The translations under genes and the position numbers were made by a program. A stretch of DNA of 64,000 nt from a virus, in the IMG/VR virus record IMGVR_UViG_3300034356_001764, positions 16,204-80,203 of that record; one strand, written 5' to 3'. Positions 10,500 through 18,700 of the stretch are shown piece after piece (position 1 is the stretch's first letter; each line of letters opens with the position of its first letter). The notes beneath the pieces were generated by a model. It worked only from the letters and a program-made list of their open reading frames with translations. It was not told the DNA's origin and searched no databases.

Positions 10500-13400
10500 T
10501 TAGTCAATTTCTTCAATTACATAACCATCTTTAATATATCTATTAATCTCTGCTTGTGTAAGATTTGCTACCATCCCTCCTTCTTTAGCTTTAACTGCAC
10601 CCTTTACTAAGGCTTTAGTTCTACTTCCAGACGGATCTTTTATAGGAACATATGTATTACCTGTTGATTTCCCGGTGTTAATATACCATTTACCATTTGA
10701 ATCTTTCTTATAAGTTACTCCAGGTCTTTCAGGATATTTATAAACTGTACTTTGGAGTGTAACTTTCTTAGTATAATCAGGTGCTACAAATGGCTTCAAC
10801 TTATTTGCATCTTTGTATGGATTATAAACAGCAGTAGACTCAGTAGGTACAAGTTTTGAATAAGCAAAATTTGGATTACTCTTTTCATACTCAGCTTGTT
10901 TTTTATTTTTTTCTGCTATGTCTTTACGAACCTGTTCTCTTTGAGCATCCTCACTAGCTTTTTCTCTTGCTGTAATTCCTTTTTGTACTATACTATATTC
11001 TTTTTGTAATTGATTAGTTGAACTTGTATTACCTATTATTTCATTAGCTTGCTTCAATACATTATTACTATAATCTATATCAAAGTTATTAATATATTTT
11101 TGATACTTCTCTCTCTTATACCAATCAGAACCTGCTTGCCAAGACTTAGCTAAAATATAAGATGCAGGTATCTTTCCTTTGTATAGACCAGTCTTAACAT
11201 TAAAGTCTTTATCTTTTTTAAGTTTTTCATAATTGTCCAAAAGAATAATTGCACCCGCTTTAGTCTGTGCTTCAATATCAAATGTTCCAATATCTTTAGG
11301 ATCAACTCCAAGTTTTTCTAACTTTTTACCAAGGGCATTTAATGAACCATCTTTATTTACAAAGTTTAAAGTAGGTTTCATTTGATAATAACCAATACTT
11401 GCTTCATCTCCTTCAAAGGCTCCTTGACCAAGAACATCTTTATAAACAGTAGCTGCAACTTGTTTAGGAATTCTTTTATTTGATTCACCACCTGAACTTT
11501 CATTCTGCATGATTCCACCTACAAGGATCTGTCCTACAAAGTTTGTATCCTCTTGACTATAACCTAGATTTTTAATGTTTCTAACATTGTTATTAATAAC
11601 ACCTGTTGCTTGTTTTTGACGCTCAGTTGCTGTTTTACCTGCTACTAGTTTTAGTTTAGGATCAACTGTGCTATAATATCCTGTGTTCTGTAATCCAGAT
11701 AAGTCAGCATTTTTAAGACTTGGGGATCTTACAATAGATGCAACTTGATAAGTAAATACACTTTTGTCATGATCATCAAGACTTATTGGCTCATCAAGTC
11801 TTTTGATAAAAGCTTTTCCTTTTTCAGAAGCATGCCAAATTAGTGGCGTACCATCTTTATCTTTACCAACTACAAATCCAAGGTGCTCAACATTTTCATT
11901 TTCTAAACCACCTTTTGTTTCTGAAGCAAACTCTCCACTTGTTTTTGTATTCATTCTATTGAGCTGTACATAATCACCAACTTGTAATTTTGCATAAACA
12001 TCTTTAGGAACCTTTGGCATCTTAGCCATATCTCTTTCTGTAGTTTCATAAATAAGATCTCCACCTTTATTAAGAACATCAGATTTATTAAACCAAGCAT
12101 CATTTGCCCATATATCTCCATCAGCTATTTCACCAAGTAAGTTACTCATCTTAACACTTACATTGAATGAACATCCTTTACCTTCAACACAAACTTCTTC
12201 TCCTTCCCCTTTATCAAGATATGGTAAGTAACCTACTCCAAGATTTTTGTTAACCGTATACTTAGTACTTTGTGATTGTTTTTTTGGTTCAATTGTTTTT
12301 ACCTTAGATGGAGGAATACCAGAATTAAATGCATCTAATGCCATCTTTGTTCTGTTACCCATAATACCATCAACTCCATCTCTACTTGGACCTGAAGCTC
12401 CAATGTTATATCCAGCTGCTACTAGTTTCTTTTGAATTGCTTTAACATCACCTGATTGTTCAATCTTTGGCATTGCTATTTTCTCTACTTCTTTCTTAGT
12501 AAGTGTTGGTTGATCTACTACTGGAGTGTTCACTAGGGTAGCTGGTTGCTGAACTGTTGTAGCTACCACAGGTTCAGTAACAACTGGAGGTGCAACAAGA
12601 TCACCTGTAGGCATCATATCAGGTGCTAACATAGGAGTCACAACCGGACTCTGACTTTGTTGCATAGTTGGAACAGTTGGTACACCACCATCTTGAAACT
12701 TAACTTCCTCTATAGTAAACCCACCTTTTCTATAGTACTCTATTTCTTCATCATCAAGATCTAGTTCAATAAAACCACCATCTTCTTCTTGTTGTAAAGC
12801 TTTACCTCCTAATGATTTAGTAGATTTTTTAGGAAGCATTTCATAAATACCTTTCTCATTTTGTTTAGCTAAACCTTGTCTTTCTAAACTTTGCCATGTG
12901 TTTCTTCCTGGAGCTACTCCATTATTTTCAACAAAGGCACCCCATGATCTAACTTTATTTCCTTCTGGTAATGATTCATTTAACTGCTTATAAACTTCTG
13001 TTCCTATACCTTGTCTTTGAAATTTAGGATCAACTCCTATATCCAATGTTTCAAAATCACCACTGGATAATCTATTACCTGAAACTTCACCAACTTTTGT
13101 ATCTCCTTTATAAACCCCAAAAGTCTCCATGTCTAATTCTTGAGATCTTACATTATCAGGTAAAAGTTTTATATTCATATTTTTAGGTGCACTTGTAATT
13201 TTTTTACTAGTTCCAAGTACATCTTCTGCGTAAGAGCCTACTTTACCAAATTTACCAACTTTACCTAACTTACCCAATGAACCAATTCCTGGTAACACAC
13301 CTGCTACATCTAATGTTTTATCTAACCCTGACCAATATTGATTTCCTGTAAGAGGATTTATATTAGTATTTCCTGTACCAAATGCAGAACCTATTCCTGG

Positions 13401-15773
13401 ATTAGCAGACAGTGCAACATCAGCAACTGTATTACCTACTCCTTTAAGTGTACCCATGGGATCTTTTGCAATACGCAATAATGCTGGAGCTCCAGTTAAT
13501 TCTAGCACTGCATCAGTAACTCCCATATTAGCTTCTTTTCTAGTATTAGCTTGATCTACTGCATCCTGATATTGGCCTTTATAACCTTCCTTCATTGTAG
13601 CTTGGTCATACTTACCCCAACCTCTTTCATCATACAGTCTGGCAAAGTCAGAAGTTGATATCTTACCTTCTTGAACCTTTCTTCTAGCACGTTCATAATC
13701 TTGAGCTCCTTGATTATGTTCTTTAACTCCTTGTGTAAATCTTTGAAGTTCTTTTATAGAAAAGTCTTTAGGTTTTAAATCTTGATACCAAAGCTTTCTA
13801 CCTTGAGCAGTATTCATAAGAGCTTTACTCTTATCCATTAACTCTTTCCAGCGTTCTTTATCTGAAGCTTTTGCATAAGCAAATGTTTCCGCTTCATCTT
13901 GAGATTTATCTATAATGGGTTGTTGTGAACCTTCTTGAGCTTGAGGTAGTTCTTCTACTATATAACCACCTTTTCTATACTGTTCAATTTCTTGAGGAGT
14001 TAAATCCATTTCAACATACCCACCATCTTCTTGCATGGCCATCTTGTCATTAACTCCGTATGCCCATCTTTTATATGCAGTGCGGCCTTCTCTTAATGGA
14101 AGACTTGGTATTTCTTCACCACCTTTTTGTGCATGCACTAATCCTTGACCACCACATTTATGACATGTAGTAACATCATCACTACCATCTGCAGCATTCC
14201 ATTTCCAACCACATTTTTTACAGGTTACTTTCTTAGTAAGTAAAGCACCTCCTTTTTGTTCTTTATTTAAAAAAGCTGGTGATACTGATTTATAATGTTC
14301 TGCAAAATATTGGGCATCTGCAGGATTATTAAATCTTATTGCTTCATTAGATTCTGGACCATAATCACCAAGCATTAACTGACCATTCTCATTTTGTATT
14401 TGAGGTACAGCATAATTATCCATACTAGCCATATAGTGAGTACCTGTATTACCATTTTCAAATTGATATGGATTATCAGTAGGGACAACCATTCTTTTTG
14501 CAGCAGGATTGCCAAATTCATTTGCATAAGCAAGCTTTGCTTTCATCATACCACTTGTATAATCTTGCAAATGAGATGGTAAAGGAATATCATATTCTCC
14601 TTCTTCATTATGTGAATCTACTACAGCTTGTCCTTCTGGAGTAGTTTCTCTCCAGTTTCTATACTCATTAAGTTTATTTTGAATTAAATTATAATCATCA
14701 AGTGTCCAACCTTTAGGATTTCCAATTTGATTTTCTATGGCTTTAATTTCTTTTCCCCATTCTTGTGGAGTTGTTGAACCACCAAATTGAAACAGTTGTC
14801 CACTAAATCCAAGTTTATCAATTACAGATTGTTTATTATCAATATGTCTATCAATACCAAGCTCTCTTACTTTAGCTACCTTAGCTTCATCTGAACCCAT
14901 TGCAAAGATTCTATCTTCTGGGATACCTGCATTACGTGCCCTAGTGATCATATCTGGTGTTACTTCTTCTCTAGCAGATATAATATACTTCTGATCACTA
15001 GGTGTATTCATTGCCATTTCCATTCCTGCATCAGTTGTAAGAGTATCATCATAGTCAAATGATACAATACCACCATCTGCGTAGAAACTTGCATTAGGAT
15101 CAAAGATTTTTCTTTTTCTAGATTTAGGTACTTCAAATAAAGGATTCAATGCAAACAATCTATTTGTTGCTTCAAGACTTCTTGAATAAGCTTTTGATTT
15201 AATTCCTTTTGATCCAGTAGGTATTCTTACTTTAGGAGTTTGCCCACCTTTCTTAAAATCTTCAGGTTGCTCAAGCTCTGGTTGAAGTCTGTAATCAGTT
15301 GTTAATTCTTCCCCAGCTTTAATATCTCTTTTTGCATAGACATATCTTTCATTACCTTTTTTAACACTATACATGTTAGGTGTGTCAGAGTGATTATGCA
15401 TCTTTCCAATCTCTCCTACTGGTTGACCATTTCTATGCGCTAAACCTATAAGTTGATTTTTTTTAAAAAAAGTATTTGCAAACAATCCTTTATCAGCTCC
15501 TGCAATTTTTGATTGTTTAACTACTAAATGACTGTTAGCTTTATTACCTCCTTTTTTTAATTCAGGATATTCATCAACATACTTAGCACCCGGAAAATTA
15601 TATTCCTCCTCTGGATGCATCATTACTGGTGAACCAAAATCTGGATAAGCCATGACAGGATATGGAACATTGTCCATGGTTATGTCATTACCTGGAATTC
15701 TAGTTGGTACTCCAGGATGTGCCCACTGACCTCTTGGATCAACAATAATTTTAGATTTAGATTTCTTATTCAT
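10500..15773 (-). CDS. Polyvalent cargo protein: SET, HAD-like, Zn ribbon, GNAT, PG-binding, CHAP/NlpC-like and lysozyme/SLT-like domains (1757 aa)
   Basis: Motifs: GLFA...NHSDTPN...DIKAGEELTTDY (SET); SFDYDDTL...ISAR...HIDN (HAD); CKKC...CHKC; VDPKFQRQGIG (GNAT motif A); VKAIQKKL...DGIMGNRT (PG-binding); GCS...HLGFV...WH; QNESSG...GYYQM. Confidence 0.75.
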   Translation of the reverse strand: MNKKSKSKIIVDPRGQWAHPGVPTRIPGNDITMDNVPYPVMAYPDFGSPVMMHPEEEYNFPGAKYVDEYPELKKGGNKANSHLVVKQSKIAGADKGLFANTFFKKNQLIGLAHRNGQPVGEIGKMHNHSDTPNMYSVKKGNERYVYAKRDIKAGEELTTDYRLQPELEQPEDFKKGGQTPKVRIPTGSKGIKSKAYSRSLEATNRLFALNPLFEVPKSRKRKIFDPNASFYADGGIVSFDYDDTLTTDAGMEMAMNTPSDQKYIISAREEVTPDMITRARNAGIPEDRIFAMGSDEAKVAKVRELGIDRHIDNKQSVIDKLGFSGQLFQFGGSTTPQEWGKEIKAIENQIGNPKGWTLDDYNLIQNKLNEYRNWRETTPEGQAVVDSHNEEGEYDIPLPSHLQDYTSGMMKAKLAYANEFGNPAAKRMVVPTDNPYQFENGNTGTHYMASMDNYAVPQIQNENGQLMLGDYGPESNEAIRFNNPADAQYFAEHYKSVSPAFLNKEQKGGALLTKKVTCKKCGWKWNAADGSDDVTTCHKCGGQGLVHAQKGGEEIPSLPLREGRTAYKRWAYGVNDKMAMQEDGGYVEMDLTPQEIEQYRKGGYIVEELPQAQEGSQQPIIDKSQDEAETFAYAKASDKERWKELMDKSKALMNTAQGRKLWYQDLKPKDFSIKELQRFTQGVKEHNQGAQDYERARRKVQEGKISTSDFARLYDERGWGKYDQATMKEGYKGQYQDAVDQANTRKEANMGVTDAVLELTGAPALLRIAKDPMGTLKGVGNTVADVALSANPGIGSAFGTGNTNINPLTGNQYWSGLDKTLDVAGVLPGIGSLGKLGKVGKFGKVGSYAEDVLGTSKKITSAPKNMNIKLLPDNVRSQELDMETFGVYKGDTKVGEVSGNRLSSGDFETLDIGVDPKFQRQGIGTEVYKQLNESLPEGNKVRSWGAFVENNGVAPGRNTWQSLERQGLAKQNEKGIYEMLPKKSTKSLGGKALQQEEDGGFIELDLDDEEIEYYRKGGFTIEEVKFQDGGVPTVPTMQQSQSPVVTPMLAPDMMPTGDLVAPPVVTEPVVATTVQQPATLVNTPVVDQPTLTKKEVEKIAMPKIEQSGDVKAIQKKLVAAGYNIGASGPSRDGVDGIMGNRTKMALDAFNSGIPPSKVKTIEPKKQSQSTKYTVNKNLGVGYLPYLDKGEGEEVCVEGKGCSFNVSVKMSNLLGEIADGDIWANDAWFNKSDVLNKGGDLIYETTERDMAKMPKVPKDVYAKLQVGDYVQLNRMNTKTSGEFASETKGGLENENVEHLGFVVGKDKDGTPLIWHASEKGKAFIKRLDEPISLDDHDKSVFTYQVASIVRSPSLKNADLSGLQNTGYYSTVDPKLKLVAGKTATERQKQATGVINNNVRNIKNLGYSQEDTNFVGQILVGGIMQNESSGGESNKRIPKQVAATVYKDVLGQGAFEGDEASIGYYQMKPTLNFVNKDGSLNALGKKLEKLGVDPKDIGTFDIEAQTKAGAIILLDNYEKLKKDKDFNVKTGLYKGKIPASYILAKSWQAGSDWYKREKYQKYINNFDIDYSNNVLKQANEIIGNTSSTNQLQKEYSIVQKGITAREKASEDAQREQVRKDIAEKNKKQAEYEKSNPNFAYSKLVPTESTAVYNPYKDANKLKPFVAPDYTKKVTLQSTVYKYPERPGVTYKKDSNGKWYINTGKSTGNTYVPIKDPSGSRTKALVKGAVKAKEGGMVANLTQAEINRYIKDGYVIEEID

Positions 15774-18700
15774 TATCTTAATGATGCTTGATTCTTACTA
15801 TTTACTACTTTAACTATCATGTTAACACTACCAGAAATTTCTTTCCTTAAAGTTATATAATTTAAGTAATGTCTGAATTTTTTTCTTTGTAGTTCAGCTT
15901 TGTTATAATCTAAACTTGTAAGATTTAATTCTCTACGGTAGCCATCAGGTAATGTTATCCATGCAATTTCTTCTGGATAGTTACCAAGTAACTCAGTTGT
16001 TCCTGGAACTAATGGTCCTGTTGGAGGATAACCTGATCCTAGTGGAAACTCTCCTCTATCTCTTGTTACATCCCAGAATTGATTAAATCTATATTTGTTT
16101 TCTTCTTTTGAAAACAAGATATCAAATCCAGGTAGACCAACCACTGTATCCCTAATGATTATAGGAATAGATGGATTGAATTTAGGATACTCTAAACTTA
16201 GTGTTATATTATTTTTAGGAAATACATTTAAGTTTAAATATCCAGATACTTGTTCTGAGTTATAAATAATTGCTGTGTCAAAGTTATTATCTAGCACATG
16301 GAATTGATCAACACAATTAGCTGCTCTTTTGTAAGATTCAAGTATATATTCAAATGATTTAACTACTGTTGGTGATTGACCTGTAATAATAGGAGTTTCA
16401 ATTTCAAATGGATAATCTTTTCCATAGAAGTTGCAATAAGAATTACATACATAATTATGTTTCCAGAAACTATTTTTCTTTGTTGTTAAGAAAACAGTTT
16501 TACTTGGCATTACTAAATCCGGATGCCAGTCATGAAATGAAATCCACATTTCATTCTTAGGGTCATAACTTGCTGTCCAAGAAGCACTTTCAAATATAGT
16601 AGGGTCACCAAGTAAGTATCTTCCTCTACCATCTAATGTAAAGAAATCTCCTTGTCCTTTTTTATAACCTTTACCTTTAATCATTTGACGGCAATCAACT
16701 ACTAATGGAACATAGTCAACTCTATCTAAGTCTATACCATCTTTAACAATGTAATCTTTCTTAGTAAAATAAAGTATAGAGTTTTCATTATCATATACTG
16801 CCTGTACACCTACTCCAGCTACTGGATTATCTTTCCATGGATAATCAGGAAACTGAGTTGTAAGTTTACACTTTAAGAATAGTGAATACCACCACTTTAA
16901 TCCAACTTGAGATATCTCTTTTAATCCTCCTGCATAACTAAATATCTTACCTTGATTCTGTGATGCATAAAATAAGCCTGCTGGAGTAGAGATAACTGCA
17001 AGTCTATTTTGAGATGATCCATACTCATATGGCTTATCTGCATTTGAAACAGACTGACCGGGTTGAGAAAATAAACCACCATCACCAATAGTAATCTTAG
17101 TTCCTAAATCTGTTTGAAGTGTATCAACACCTTGAAACATTTGTGGACTATCATTCTTAAATGTAATGAACAAACCACTTTTGTTTATAGACTTAACACC
17201 AGATATTTGAGACTTAAATTCTCTATAGTTATTTGGTAAAAATATAAACCAGCTATCTTTAAATGATTCATCTTGTTGTTGTAATGAATAATAAATTCTA
17301 TCTGGAAAATATGTATAACATAGTTGAGATACATTTGGGTTGTAGTATCTATTTTGTAAATTACCAGAAGAGAAATACTGATTGTATAGTTTACTTACAC
17401 TTAATGAATAGTCATATCTAAATGTGTTACCTCTTGTAATGTTTTCTGGATTAATTTCAAACATTCTAGCAAGCTCAGTATAACGGTAAGGATCATAATG
17501 CTTTTCCCATTCATTATCTCCAGCTTCTCTATAATCTACTATTACATCTGACTCAACAAAGAAGTCTCTTACAGAAGAAACTGCTAAATAGAAAAATGAA
17601 TCCTTTGGTCTAAATACACCTGGATAATCTCCTGCTGTATCATTTGTATAATCATATCCTGGATTTGTAGGTGTTGGACCATGATCCATTCTATAAAATC
17701 TTGTTGGAAAAGCTCCTGTTCCAGGTACTGGTGAATTCCAGTTACTAGGTCCAAGATCTGATACTTCATATTTTCTGGAGTTAACATAAAATCTTGGTTC
17801 AGGAATCATTTGATGAATTGCATAATTATATTCAAAACCATCAGGTTGACCATATAACCAATCATAGAAAAAGAACATTGAATTCTTTTCTGTATATCTA
17901 TTTACATAAACATCTCCACCAAAAAATATTGGGCTAATATTTATTTTTTTAAGTATTACTGCAAGGTTACATGATCCACATTGATTATAAGGACCCCAGT
18001 TTGATAAAGTATTATAATCAAACTTTTGCTCACATGGAGTTATTACAATTTGTTTTATAGATTGCAATTGACCATACTGATTTTGAATTCTTACTTTCAT
18101 TGCCGCATAGTGACTAGCAATTGGTAAAGTAAAATTAGCATCTACAATCTCAAAATTTGGACCTACATTTGGATTAGGAATATAAGGATTTAATGTCAAG
18201 GGATCAACTAAACCATTTTGTTGAATATTACCAAGAGTAGTTAATGACTGATCTACATATCTTGAAGATTCAATAATATAGTTTGGTCCAATTGCACCAC
18301 CAATATAAGGCCCCGCATAATTTGGACCAGCCTCTGTTCTTATTACAACTGTGTCAGATCTTTTAAGATTATTAATACTATAAGATCTGAAAGTACCTGC
18401 TACATTATAATACCCAGGCATTTGCATAATGTTATCTCTTATGTAAGAACTATCTTCAATTTTAAATCTAAATAGTTTTGTACTACTAGGAGATCTCATA
18501 TCTGAGTAGAACCCATGAGCAATCATTTGTGATGCATACTGTGTATAAGGAATAATTGCTCTAATAATATCAGCTGCAATATTTGCTCCTTCAGAAAAAT
18601 AATATAGTGCTTGATTCAAACCACCTAAAATTCTAAGAGGGATTGGTAAGTAATCTAATTTAGGTACTGTATAAGTATACTCATCTCCAGATGCAGAAAT

